A stretch of DNA of 64,000 nucleotides, taken from NCBI GenBank assembly GCA_951406725.2, contig OX597826.1:61008001-61072000 (forward strand), given 5' to 3'. Source of the stretch: Octopus vulgaris (taxonomy: Eukaryota). Below are positions 14,350 through 27,855 of this stretch, piece by piece. Made by a program: the position numbers and the translations under genes. Below the pieces are notes generated by a model, which saw nothing but the letters and a program-made list of their open reading frames with translations, made no database searches and had not been told where the DNA came from. Each line of letters starts with the position of its first letter. The stretch's first letter is position 1.

Positions 14350-14944
14350 TGTATGTATGTATGTATGTATGTATGTATGTATGTATGTATGTATGTATGT
14401 ATGTATGTATGTATGTATGTATGTATGTATGAATGAATGTATTTGATATATACGTAGGTACGTAGATGTAGATAACTAGATAGATTTTTTTTGCCTTCTA
14501 CCATCTGTAGCATTTATATTTTACCAAACATCTAAAAATCTAGATACGTATATTTTGTTTTATTTTTCAAGCAGTAACACATACGTACGTCTGTTACAGT
14601 TCATCAGCTGTAACACATATTCATACATCACCTCCATTATATTTTACCATTTGGGGCACATACATACATTTCACCAGTTATAATTCATTAACTCAAACAG
14701 ATATATGACAATTACTTTTTACCAGTTGTAACGCGTATTTACATCTTCTCCGTTACATCGTTAGACTTTCCGACTGGATTCTCAAATGTGATCAACTGAG
14801 ACAACTGATACTGTCCAACCACTTCGTTCTTGGTCTACTTCAGGGTGTTTCTTGCCACATAGCTTGGTTCGTGTCACATGGCTTGGTTTGAAAAGTGCAT
14901 CTTGCAATTCTTTCCTGCAACATTTTAAATACATACGTGTACTT

Positions 14945-15250
14945 AGTCCGGCTCAGTGGTTAGAGCGTCGGGCTCACAACCATGAGGTAGTGATTTCAAT
15001 TCCCGGACCGGCTGTGTTGTTTTGCCCCACTTCACTCAGCTATAGGAAATGAGATGCGACGTCACCGGTACCAACTGTATCGGCCTTTGCCTTTCTCTTG
15101 GACAACATCAGTTGAGAGAAGACACTGGTATGCATGAGCGACTGCTGGTCTTCCATAAACAACCGTGACCGGATTGTGCCTTGGGGGGGGGGGAAACTTT
15201 CTAGATACAATTTCATGGTCATTCATGACCGAAAGGAGTCTTTACCCTCT
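14945..15250 (+). mobile_element. tRNA-derived SINE family E
   Basis: ggctcagtggttagagcgtcgggctcacaaccatgaggtagtgatttcaattcccgg head with A/B-box-like motifs; second copy at 16308-16636. Confidence 0.85.
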
Positions 15251-15470
15251 TACTTAGTCCGTCGTACCGGAGCTGAGACCTCTCAATATGGAGTAGTATT
15301 GGCTTGACCTGGAGAGACTCACTGATCTCTGAGCTACTTACCCTGTCAAGTAACGTTACTTGAAAGATATTTCGGAGGAAACCAATTTTCGCCGCTTGTA
15401 TTCGTGATTGTAATTTTTCGATCATTGCCCATCATCCATGACGATAAGAGAGGATAAGCGCAAAAGCATA
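15250..15470 (-). mobile_element. RTE-clade LINE C-terminal remnant, split by SINE E; continues at ~14760-14860
   Basis: LQSRIQAAKIGFLRNIFQVTLLDRVSSSEISESLQVKPILLHIERSQLRY, a typical RTE C-terminus. Confidence 0.8.
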
Positions 15471-16307
15471 CATACAATGGGAGTTTGTTTGTTACCTACA
15501 TTCCAAACATGGAGCTTTGTATCTTTGCTACAAACCAGCTCCTTCCTCAAAGGAAGGTTTAAAACCAGTAGAGAACATACATACATACATATTGTTGAAG
15601 TTGAAATTCTAATGAAGGATCCTTGGATCTAGGTTAGAAACCGGCTCTTTTTCTATTGGCAAGAAATCTTGAAATAAAGCTGAATAATGACATGCATACA
15701 TACATGCACACACACGCATACATACATACATACATACATACATTCATACATACATACATGCATGCATGCATGCATACATACATACATACATATATACATT
15801 CATACATACATACATACATACATACATACATACATACATACATACATTCATACATACATACATACATACATATATACATACATACATACATACGTACATA
15901 CATACATACATACATACATACATACATACATACATACATACATACATACATACATACATACATACATACATACATACATACATACATACATCACCTCCGT
16001 TATATTTTACCATTTGGGGCACATACATACAATTCACCAGTTACAATTCATTAACTCAAACAAATATATGACAATTACTTTTTACCAGTTGTAACGCGTA
16101 TTTTACATCTTCTCCGTTACATCGTTAGACTTTCCGACTGGATTCTCAAATGTGATCAACTGAGACAACTTATACTGTCCAAGCACTTCGTTCTCGGTCT
16201 ACTTCAGGGTTTCTTGCCACATAGCTTGGTTCGTGTCACATGGCTTGGTTTGAAAAGTGCATCTTGCAATTCTTTCCTGCAACATTTTAAATGCATACGA
16301 GTACTTA

Positions 16308-16636
16308 ATCCGGCTCAGTGGTTAGAGCGTCGGGCTCACAACCATGAGGTAGTGATTTCAATTCCCGGACTGGGCTGTGTTGTGTTCTTGAGCAAGATAC
16401 TTTGTTTTACGTTGCCCCCACTTCACTCAGCTATAAGAAATGAGTTGCGACGTCACTGGTACCAACTGTATCAGCCTTTGCCTTTCTCTTGGACAACATC
16501 AGTTGAGAGAAGTCGCTGGTATGCATGAGCGACTGCTGGTCTTCCATAAACAACATTGACCGGATTGTGCCCTGGAGGGGAACTTTCTAGATATAATTTC
16601 ATGATCATTCATGACCGAAAGGAGTCTTTACCCTCT
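16308..16636 (+). mobile_element. tRNA-derived SINE family E (duplicated copy)
   Basis: Same head and body as 14945-15250, plus a CORE-like gtgttcttgagcaagatactt segment. Confidence 0.85.
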
Positions 16637-17570
16637 TACTTAGTCCATCGTACCGGAGCTGAGACCTCTCGATATGGAGTAGTAATGGCTTGACCTGGAG
16701 AGACTCACTGATCTGTCAACTAACGTTACTTGATATTTCGGAGGAAACCAATTTTCGCCGCTTGTATTCGTGATTGTAAGTTTTCGATCATTGCCCAACA
16801 TCCATGACGATGAGAGAGGATAGGCACAAAAGCATACATACAATGGGAGTTTGTTTGTTACCTACATTCCAAACATGGAGCTTTGTATCTTTGCTACAAA
16901 CTAGCTCCTTCCTCACAGGAAGGTTTAAAACCAGTACAGAATATACATATTGTTGATGTTGAAATTCCAATGAAGGATCCTTGGATCTAGGTTAGAAACC
17001 GGCTCTTTCTCTATTGGCAAGAAATCTTGAAATAAAACTGAATAATGACATGCATACATACATGCACACACACACACACACACACACACATACATACGTA
17101 CATACATACATACATTCATACATACATACATACATGCATACATACATACATACATTCATACATACATACATACATACATACATACATACATTCATACATA
17201 CATACATACATGCATACATACATACATACATACATACATACATACATACATACATACATACATACATACATACATACAACAAGTTATCGAGTGATCTTTT
17301 ATATAAGCACCCAACTAATAATTGCAAAAAAAATAAAAGCAATTTCATTTCCGTTTTGAATAGTGGAAAGTTACATTGATCAATGTAGTGATTGGTATGT
17401 GTTCAGTACAGGACAGGGCTGGAATGGATATGATCAAAGACCACCTAGATCACATCTGATCTGGAGTTAAGCAACAACAGCAGGTAGGTTTGACGTCAGA
17501 GAAAAACAAACCGTCAGCCATTGTGACAGCCAGCCAGCCAGCCACTTACCCAGTTACTGACCCCAGCATG

Positions 17571-17822
17571 GTAAAGTAAAGGTAAAGTTACTTTCTAGAG
17601 TCATACTGATTCATAAGGGCCGGTTTCGTGGGGTATATATTCCCCACCTGGACGGGACGCCGGTCCGTCGCAGGATTACTCATTTTTGCCAGCGAAGTGG
17701 ACTGCAGCAACATGAAATGAAGTATTTTGCTCAAGAACACAACGCGTCGCTCAGTCCTGGAATCGAAACCACAACCTTACGATCATGAGTCCAACACCTT
17801 AACCACTAAGCCACGCGCCTCC
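17571..17822 (-). mobile_element. tRNA-derived SINE family C
   Basis: Minus strand: ggaggcgcgtggcttagtggttaaggtgttggactcatgatcg...ggtttcgattcc...cctgcgacggaccggcgtcccgtccagg...(ctttac)n tail; homologous copy at 41769-42031. Confidence 0.9.
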
Positions 17823-18299
17823 ACTCACCCAAACATGGCCGCAGTCCAATGACTGAAGCTATTGAAGACCGAATCTGATAGATATAAGATATAACTTGAA
17901 ACCATACATTTTTATAATAGAAATATGACATTTGAAGGGCATGTGTGTATACACGTGAATATATATCCATGTATGAATGCAGCTGGATGTGTATTTTTGA
18001 ACAGAGTAAAATCTGTGTCTGAGTTCATATTTATTATTCATATATCTCTAGATAAAAAGATAGCTCGAGTTGAACTTCAACAAAATGAACATAAATTTAA
18101 AATTATAAGATCAGAAATACGATTTTATTCTTACACATGTTTGTCACATTTTCTGACAAAAGATAACTTTAAAAAGAAAATACTATGCTAACTAACATAA
18201 TTTTTCGGAATAAATTTTATTTTTCAAATTCGTTATGCAGTCTTCATTGCAATGCTTGGCTTGAGGATACAAAATATTCTTAGGTTTTCTATTAGGAGC

Positions 18300-18930
18300 T
18301 GAAAACGACAAACTTCTGCTGTTTCAACCGCCAGTACAAACAGCGTACATTTGACCATGGGTAAACTCAACGCGATTCCAGAGTGACACCAGGAACTCAG
18401 AGACTTTGTCCTTATACCTATTTCTTTACTACCCACAAGGGGCTAAACACAAAGAGTGGGTAGATAAGAGAGAAATATAATTGAAATTGCATCTAGAAAG
18501 TTGCCCTTCAAGGCACAGTCCGGTCAAGGTTGTTTATGGAAGACCAGTCGTTCATGCATACCAGACACCCCTCTCCACTGATGTTATCCAAGAACAGACA
18601 AACGGATTGAGTCGATTACATCGACCCCAGTGCGTAACTAGTACTTATTTAATCGACCCCGAAAGGATGAAAGGCAAAGTCGACCTCGGCGGAATTTGAA
18701 CTCAGAACGTAGCGACAGACGAAATACTGCCGAGCATTTCGCCCGGCGTGCTAACGTTTCTGCCAGCTCGCCGCCTTACTTTGTCCTTATGCCTTCTTTC
18801 TTAAAGCGAACGTAAGTTTGTTGTCGTTTAAACTTGAAACGCACAGCAGTCAAGATCAAAGAACTTTATCCAATGTAGACATCTTCAGTCTTGGCATAAT
18901 CTATCAAAATTCCTTCTTCAATGATGTGAA
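18300..18930 (-). mobile_element. Helitron PIF1-type helicase C-terminal remnant interrupted by a SINE
   Basis: Minus strand: FKFKRQQ...GQS...FTHGQMYAV, matching PF.FKR.QFP...KAQGQSL...FSHGQLYVA of Helitron helicases. Confidence 0.7.
18420..18777 (-). mobile_element. SINE family A with an embedded family E fragment
   Basis: 17-bp TSD actttgtccttat(a/g)cct at 18403-18419 and 18778-18794; family E segment at ~18480-18590. Confidence 0.9.
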
Positions 18931-21084
18931 GGGGCATTTTCTTTGGTAACCTGGCGACTAACGTTGCAAAATCGGGGGCGGAGAGTGTACATCTATTACT
19001 TCCCTTCTAATTATATTTCTCTCTTATCTTCTCACTCTCTGTCGCTTTATCTCGCTTTTTTCTCAGACACACATAAACATATGAACTTTACGGGAGGGAG
19101 TCTCTGTGTGGTGCTTGATCTGCTAGGAATAGCAGCCAGATTTTCCCCAAATCCCGCCATAATGTTTTGTCTTTTACTTATTTCAACCATTAGACTGTGG
19201 CCAGGCTGAAGCACTGCTTTGAAAAAATTTTAGTCGAAAGAATCGATCACTGGTATTTATTCGATTGGTCTCCTTGTCGAACCACTAGATTGCGTGGATG
19301 TAAACACACCAGCACCGGTTATTAAGCAGTGGTGGGTGTCAGTAACATTAAGTTTCAAATGTAAGGATCGTACTACGTTAAATTGTTAACTATTGGAGTT
19401 CGAAATGTATTTTAGCGAATATGTTTGTGCGTGAAGACATCTAAATAATGTCTTTGAATACGATATTTGTTTTAAATATTTATTTTATTTCAGTAAAAAT
19501 TTGTTCATCAATTTTTTGCGTTATATTTTGTGATAGTATTTGTGTCAAAATTTAATGTATATCTATGTGACTTGGTAACTGACACTTGTATATGAAACTA
19601 GGGCTAACGTACGCCGAAACTATTTCACATTTTATATGTTAGATACATGAAATTACGAATATTCGTTAAATTGATTTTTAAAAATCTTCAATGCGAACCT
19701 CTTCCTAGAGAAAATATTTTAATTTAATCGCAAGAGAACAATAAAACAAAAGAAAACAACAATAAATAAAAAAAATATCTAAGAAATATAACATAATTCT
19801 GAATTTGAAGACTGTGTCTTCCTGTTTAATATATTTGCATACACATTGTCTTTGACTGGCTTAATATCACCATGCAGTTTACTTGTCGTGTGTTTCTATG
19901 TAGTCGCTTCAACTGCTAAGAAAAGCAGAGATGTTTTCCTTGGATTTCGTCATCGTACTTATTTTCTTTAAAATTAAAGCTCTCTCACGTGAAATTTACA
20001 AGTTTGAACATTTTTATTTTAATGCAATTTAATGAAAACCAAGACCTTTGTTTTACGAACAATATCAATGTTGAATTAGTTTTAATTCACTTTTATCACT
20101 CTTGAAGACAATATGCTATTTTTCTTTTTTGTTTTAACATTGACTACTCGCTAGTTAAATAGACTATTTTCTTTTTTAATGGATGACTATTGAATATCGT
20201 ATTAAATTAACAATTTTAACCAATGTACAGATCAGCCACACACACATACTTACGTACACAAATACATATAAATATGTTTATTAATGGATACGTGAATACA
20301 TTTATTAGCAACATTTTTACACTGAGCTACATTTTGAAAACTTTCTGCTGGTAACCCTGTAGTAGTAAGCAAAATTCCCTGTGTATCCTTACGATAGATA
20401 TATTTATTTTTCCAGTACCATGATTTAGAAGTTGTTTGATATGGGTGGGAATCGGGTATTTTTATTATATTTATTTCCTTTCCTTATTAACGAGTAAACG
20501 TGCTGATATTTGGGTGAGATTGTGTGAATTGGGTGTATTCTCTCTCATATTTATTAAAATAAAGATTTTGTTCCAAAACGGTTAATTTCACTTTAGCAGA
20601 ATATCGAAAAGAAAACATTTAGGCCGTTCTTCTTCATGCTCCACCTAAATAATGTTGAATGTAAGATAGACAGATACATGCATACATACATACATACATA
20701 CATACATACATACATACATACATACATACATACATACATACACATACATACATACATACATACATTATTTTGTCATGTCGAAGGTTTCACTTCATTTGGA
20801 CCTCTGAAAATAAATGGAACTCGGATGAATATCTTCAGAGAAGAATGTCGATAACCCTAGGTTCTAGAAGCTGATAAGCATTGGAATAAGACATGTTATA
20901 ACCCTTACATACAATGTATACATACGAATGTATACATACTCCAAACTGTGTCCTCGTGAAAAACATCTTTGTGTGAATAAATACGGATAAGAGATTCTAT
21001 ATAATTATTTTGCATGTAAACCTTTGTAACTCCTATACGGTAATGAAACATGTGTATATGTATGTGTGCGTGTTTGTGCGTGTA

Positions 21085-21131
<47 letters not shown>

Positions 21132-21711
21132 CAGGTATCCTTAGTCATGGTAAATAAATAAGAAGTACTCAATGCGTATATAGATTGGATAGAATAGAAT
21201 AAGATAAATTATAATATACAAATAGAAGAGTGAATCAGAAAAAGAAAGGGGGTGATGATTATAGTGTGAAAGAAAGAAACTACTATAAACATATATATAT
21301 ATATATATAAAAAGAGAGAGAGAGACAAAAAAGAGTAAATTATAAAATAATCACCGCCGTCACTTTCCTATCTCACACACCATCTTATACTGAGTATTCA
21401 AGTCACCTCAGACTAATGGCGCCATATTTTGCAATTAACTTGAAATTATCAAAAGATAAGGTTTTATTGTTATAATTCTTTGCTTTTTCTTGTTTCTTTT
21501 CTTTGTTCGTTGATGTATTTCTTTCTCTCCTTTATTTTTTTTTTTATTTTTTCTTTGTCTTTCTTCCCTTCCTTTTCATCTCCGACTGTGCCGTTTTTCT
21601 TTTACATTCTTCATTTTTGTTCTTCAACTTTTGCCCTCTCGTCATCGTCTTCTTCTTCTTCTTCTTCTTCTTCTTCTTCTTCTTCTTCTTCTTCTTCTTC
21701 TTCTTCTTCTA

Positions 21712-21771
<60 letters not shown>

Positions 21772-21773
<2 letters not shown>

Positions 21774-21990
21774 AGTCAGCGAGCTGGCCGGATGGTTAGC
21801 ACGCCGGGCGAAGTGTTTAGCGGTATTTCGCCTGTTGCTACGTTCTGAGTTCAAATTCCACCGAGGTTGACTTTGCCTTTCATCCTATCGGGATCAATAA
21901 AATAAGTACCAGTTGAGCATTGCGGTCGATGTAATCGACTCATCTCCTCCCCACAAATTGCTGCACTTGTGGTAAAATTTGGAATTTTCA
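21772..21990 (+). mobile_element. SINE family A
   Basis: gcgagctggccggatggttagcacgccgggcg...gagttcaaattcc...; flanked by (ATT)n. Confidence 0.9.
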
Positions 21991-22016
21991 TTATTATCAT
22001 TATTATTATTATTATA

Positions 22017-22072
<56 letters not shown>

Positions 22073-22284
22073 CATCATCATTATTATTATTATTATCATC
22101 ATTATTATTATCATTATCATCATTATTATTGTTATTATTATTATCATTATTATTATCATTATTATTATTATTATCACTATTATTATTATTATTAATATTA
22201 TTATTATTATTATCATTATTATTATTATTATTATTATCATTATTATTATTATTATTATTATTATCATCATCATTATTATTATTA

Positions 22285-22324
<40 letters not shown>

Positions 22325-22422
22325 CATTATTATTATTATTATTATCATTATTATTATTATTAATATTATCATTACTATTATTATTATTATCATTATTATT
22401 ATTATTATTATTATAATTATTA

Positions 22423-22465
<43 letters not shown>

Positions 22466-22473
22466 AATTATTA

Positions 22474-22523
<50 letters not shown>

Positions 22524-22524
22524 G

Positions 22525-22558
<34 letters not shown>

Positions 22559-22647
22559 TATCATTATTATTATTATCATTATTATTATTATTATTAATAT
22601 TATCACTATTATTATTATTATCATTATTATTATTATTATTATTAATA

Positions 22648-22693
<46 letters not shown>

Positions 22694-22698
22694 CATCA

Positions 22699-22741
<43 letters not shown>

Positions 22742-22789
22742 CATTATCCTTATTATCATTATTATTATTATTATAATTATTATTATTAC

Positions 22790-22844
<55 letters not shown>

Positions 22845-22864
22845 GTTATTATTATCATTATTAT
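21990..22864. repeat. ~870-bp imperfect (ATT/ATC)n microsatellite
   Basis: Directly visible. Confidence 0.95.
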
Positions 22865-22930
22865 TTAAATGATTGATGTTACCCCTCCAGAAAGTAAAGA
22901 AACAATACGAAGAGTGCGACTGTTATCGAA

Positions 22931-22971
22931 TGACCAATATTTCGACATCTGGTGTGTCTTCCACAAGTTCA
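22931..22971 (-). ncRNA. Hammerhead-like motif with atypical core
   Basis: Minus strand: tgaac TTGTGGA a gaca caccaga tgtc GAAA ta tt ggtca. Confidence 0.5.
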
Positions 22972-23392
22972 AAATAAACCTCTCCATCTACTTCATTTTT
23001 GGTAATATTTAAAGGGTTGATGTTGCTCCTCCATAAAGTAAAGAAACAATAAGAAGAATGCGATTGTTAATCGCAAGAGAACAATAAACAAAAGGAAACA
23101 ACAACAAATAGGAATATCTAAGAATATATAACATAATTCTGAAATTTGAAGGCTACGACTTCCTGTTTAATATATTTGCAGTGCAGACACATTGTGTTTG
23201 ACTGGCTTGATATTACCATGCAGGTTACTTGTCGAGTGTCTCTACGTAGTCGCTTCAGCGGCTAGGAAAAGCAGAGATGTTTTCCTTGAAATTCGTCATC
23301 GTACTTATTTTCTTACTCTTTCTTTACTTTATGAAGGAGTTACATCAACCCTTTAAATGTTACCAAAATGAAGTCGATTGAGAGGTTTATTT

Positions 23393-23433
23393 TGAACTTG
23401 TGGAAGACACGCGAGATGTCGAAATATCGTTCA
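23393..23433 (+). ncRNA. Hammerhead-like motif with atypical core
   Basis: tgaac TTGTGGA a gaca cgcgaga tgtc GAAA ta TC gttca; helix I tgaac/gttca, helix II gaca/tgtc, palindromic ATAT helix III; core differs from CUGANGA at two positions. Confidence 0.55.
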
Positions 23434-23467
23434 TTTGATAACAGTTGCACTCCTCTTATTGTTTCTA

Positions 23468-23519
<52 letters not shown>

Positions 23520-23540
23520 GTTGTTGTTGTTGTTGTTGTT

Positions 23541-24460
23541 CAGTAGTCTTATTTCTATCACGTGCTTTCACTACACTACCGAGCTCATCTCTTTGTGCCT
23601 TGGGTATCTGATGTGGTTTGTTGTGGTGCTCTTATATTTACTGTATTGAAAGTGTTTTACGCAGGATGTTTGCGGTGCCTTGAAGTTCTGTATGTTATAT
23701 GTAATGGTAAGCCCTGGTGTTTTTGTTATGTGTTTGTCTGAATGTTTTTTATCATTCCTAATGCGCCTACTATAATAGAAATTTTTTCTGTTTTTTAGGC
23801 TCTACTTTCAAGCTACCTCTATTTCCATATCTTTGTATTTTGAAAGTTTGAAAGTTATTATTATTATTCAATAGTCTTAATTTTATCACATGCTTTCACC
23901 ACACTACCGAGTGCAGCTCTGTGTGCCTTGGGTATGTGCTGTCGTTTGTTGTGATGCTCTTATTTTTACTGTATTGAAAGTGTTTTACGTAGAATGTGTG
24001 CGGTGTTTAGTAGTGTTATGTTCTGTATGTTATATATACCTGTAGGTCCTGGTGTGCTCTTATTTATGTATTTGGCTGAATATTTTTTATCATACCTAAT
24101 GCGCCTATTATGAGAGGAATTGCTTGTTTTTAGACTCCACATTCAAGTTACCTCTATTTCCATGTCTTTGTATTTTGAAATTTTCTCCATATCTTTTAGA
24201 GAAACGTTTTCATCTGTTGGTATTGATACATCGATTACAATGCATTTTTCTTGGTAATCTCTATTGGCCTTAATTCTATATCTGTGTGTATTGGCATATC
24301 CCATAGTATAGTTGCTTTCTCATTTTCTGTGACCTTTTCTGACGTGTGCCTATACCATCTTTTTTCTGTTTTTATTCCATAGTATTGGCATAACTTCTAG
24401 TGTATATAGATCCCAAGTCTGTCGTGTCTGTGATTACATTCCTTCTTAACCATGACTGGG
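23541..24460 (-). mobile_element. Two R4/Dong-like (RLE-type) LINE 3' ends
   Basis: Minus strand: IVIDVSIPTDENVSLKDMEK.SKYKDMEIEVT.MW...IGALGMIKK...TAHILRKTLSIQ; each copy ends in (AAT/AAC)n. Confidence 0.8.
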
Positions 24461-24627
24461 CAGCCGGAGACAATATGGTTATTATTATTATTATATGTTT
24501 GACTTTTGCTTTATATTTGTACAAGTTGGCTCCAAGTCTCACCCAGAGACCTCAAGAGACAACAGGTTGGAAGTTCACGTTGTTGTTATGCCTAGTGTGC
24601 CATATATTTGGTTGGGTTTTCTTTTGG

Positions 24628-24690
<63 letters not shown>

Positions 24691-24734
24691 CATTATTATT
24701 AAGGCGAGCTTGCAGAATCGTTAGCACGTCAATA

Positions 24735-25530
24735 GGCGTCGGAGGGCAAATTGCTCAGGGTCTGGTTTGGTTCGGACCTCCAGGTGGACAAGAACTGGGG
24801 GAAGGTGATGAGCAGGGTGCCTAGCCTCACCTAGAAATGGGCAGAGGAAACTAACTCTGAAGGGTCGGTCGGAGGTGGTGAATGCTTACATCGCCTCCAT
24901 CATCTACTACCGCCTGACTGACACCCCTTGCCTTGTTTCATGGCTGATGAAACTGGGGCACTTGCTCTTTCGCTTTTCTGTGGAAGGGACGTGTTCTGCT
25001 CGTCATACAGTCCATCTGTCGTCAGCAGCCGATGAGTTGCAGTCCTGGATAAAACGTAGACCGAGAAAGGGTGTTTGGTACCTTGAGTGTTGGCAAATAC
25101 TCACAGTCCTCTGCCAGTCTGGCTATAACGAAAGAGGTAGCGTGGTGGACGATGCTGAAAGGACTAAAGACAGATATTTTCCTCTTCAGTGGAGCCCTCA
25201 TCAATTTTTTCAAATTCCACTTGAAAAGAAAAGTGAGGGTGGAGAGGTAAGTACTGCTCCCCAGTAATTTTGTTGATGTAGTGAAAATGGCCCGTGTGAA
25301 CATGCCTACTCTGAACATTCGCTTGTAGGCCGAAACGGCTGAGAGGAAGAGGGGTACCTGCCTGAGGTACTCTTGGTGGTCGGGGGACCGGGATGTGTAC
25401 GGTGCCGTGGTTGACCCTGGGAGGAGTTCCTCCTATTGGCGATTTTTGTTGTTAGAATGTTCTTGTTATATGTTATTGTATTTCAGTGTGCACTAGGCAT
25501 TGTGCCAATTTTCATTTGTCACTTGTGTTT
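24735..25530 (+). mobile_element. Tx1/L1-clade LINE remnant
   Basis: GVWFG-like segment then LQVDKNW..V.SRV...TLKGRSEVVNAYIASIIYYRLT, a post-RT region of Tx1/L1 ORF2. Confidence 0.7.
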
Positions 25531-25574
25531 TGTTGTCCCTAATTGTATTCTGTTCGGCCTTTGTGAACAATAAA

Positions 25575-26090
25575 GAAATCAATTGTGCAGCTCCCGACGA
25601 ACAGGTTTTGTGGAAACTGGTATCTCAAGGTGGACATTAAGCTCTGTAATTGTGGGAGCTGCACCTCTGTAATCCTTTCTAACAATTCGCGTAAGAATCC
25701 GACAGTCTCTATCTGAGTGTTTTGGTTTTCTTCCAGAGTTTTGTTTCGACAAGGGGGTTTTTCACTCTTTCTCAAAGGCTGTCATTACTTTCGAGACGGT
25801 TGTTCTTGATACACCAAACATTTCGGCTGTTTTCGTTACGCTAGCGCCTGCAATACGAGCACCAACAATTTGACTTCATTGAACGTCGGATAGATCTATC
25901 ATTTTAATGAATTTTAATTGGCTTTTCCTGACGATATCTGTAAAGGAACAGCAATTTTAGCATAAAATTTTAAGCAACACTAATAATAAATAAAAAAACA
26001 TAAAAATAGATACACTTTTGACGGTTTTAAAGAAATTTCAAAATAATGATGCTATGATGCTAGGTGTTTCCATTACTATACACAACCCTG
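25575..26090 (-). mobile_element. Tc1-like transposon 5' remnant
   Basis: Minus strand: SQIVGARIAGASVTKTAEMFGVSRTTVSKVMTAFEKE...NSGRKPK.SDRD.R.LTRIVRK; TIR-like cagggttgtgtatagtaatggaaacacc next to (TA)n. Confidence 0.85.
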
Positions 26091-26099
26091 TGTATATGT

Positions 26100-26140
<41 letters not shown>

Positions 26141-26293
26141 ACATATATATGTATACATATATATACATGTATACATGTGTATATATATGTATATATATGT
26201 ATGTATGTATGTATGTATGCGTATATAAATACAGGTATATATACATACATATGCAGATTTATATGCACATACATAAATCTATGTGAATGTGTT

Positions 26294-26344
<51 letters not shown>

Positions 26345-26618
26345 ATATATGCATATATATGTATATATGTATATAGATATATACATATATATATATAGAT
26401 ACATATACATATATATACATATGTATATACATATATACATATATATATACATACATATATGCATATATAAATATGTACATACATATATGAAAAACATATT
26501 TATATACATATATATATATTTATACATATATATATATATATAAATGCATATATATATATATATATATATATATTATACTTATACATATATATATATATTA
26601 TACATATACATTTATATG

Positions 26619-26678
<60 letters not shown>

Positions 26679-26990
26679 CATACTTACATACACATGTCTC
26701 ACAGGGTTACACACACAAGTTGCTATATTCAAGATGTAAATAGATTTTTCACTTTCATCAACTTGCTTAATTGTTAAGTTTCAGTGTGGTTTACTTCATT
26801 AAACATTGTATTACATTGTTTCACCTAACGCATTGTACCGTTGTTTGTGCATGTATGGGTATCTGTTTATATCAGGCGTTTATATCCGTGTGTTTGGGTT
26901 CGTGTGTGTATACGTGGGACTTGTGTGTGGCTGCCAGCGAAGGTGTCTTCCCATGTACGAACATCCACATTATCCAAAATACACACACAT

Positions 26991-27029
<39 letters not shown>

Positions 27030-27192
27030 TATATACATATATATACATATAAATGTATATGTATAATATATATATATATGCATTTATATATATATATATA
27101 TGTATAAATATATGTATGTATATATATATGTATAAATATACGTATATGTATATATATGTATATATGTATATATATATGTATGTATATATACA

Positions 27193-27234
<42 letters not shown>

Positions 27235-27348
27235 GGATATATATGTATATATGTGTAATATGTATACATATACTGGTAAGTATGCATAAATATATATACA
27301 TGAATATGTGTAAGTATATAATATATACATATATGCACATATACATAA

Positions 27349-27438
<90 letters not shown>

Positions 27439-27707
27439 TCTTTTTGTGCTTTCCTTGTCTATATAAATAGAGCTATATTAAGATAAATAGAATGAGATGT
27501 ACATATATACAAGGAATCTATATTTATTTATGTATGAGCGTGCCTGTGTGTATGCATGAGAAAGAGAAAAAAAGAAGGGTGTAACAATGTCTGCCTCTCT
27601 CGCTTTCTCTCCACACCCCCACATACACACACACACACAGATGTATGTGTGCGCGTGCGTGTGTTTCCTTGAATGTTTATGTGTATGTGTGCACTCGTCT
27701 ATATAAC

Positions 27708-27855
<148 letters not shown>

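Larger units (their letters stand above)
14623..17277 (+). repeat. Tandem segmental duplication, two units of ~1.3-1.36 kb (14623-15984 and 15985-17277)
   Basis: Both units start catacatcacctcc.ttatattttaccatttgggg, contain the same RTE fragment and SINE, and end in (CATA)n. Confidence 0.95.
22865..23468. mobile_element. Composite non-autonomous PLE-related element: inverted ~145-bp HHR-like units around a duplicated segment
   Basis: Left arm 22865-23070 is ~1.4 tandem units (minus sense); right arm 23320-23468 is one unit (plus sense); the middle 23067-23315 copies 19724-19970; both flanks are (ATT)n. Confidence 0.8.

Noticed and set aside
19590-19630. tgaaa ctag ggc...gcc gaaac tatttca hammerhead-like scaffold
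   Set aside because: The core would need a 4-nt deletion and helix III is absent; compatible with chance.
21415-21430. YY1-like ATGGCG motifs (also ~264, 32525, 33091, 50878)
   Set aside because: The hexamer count is not clearly above chance expectation; needs conservation data.
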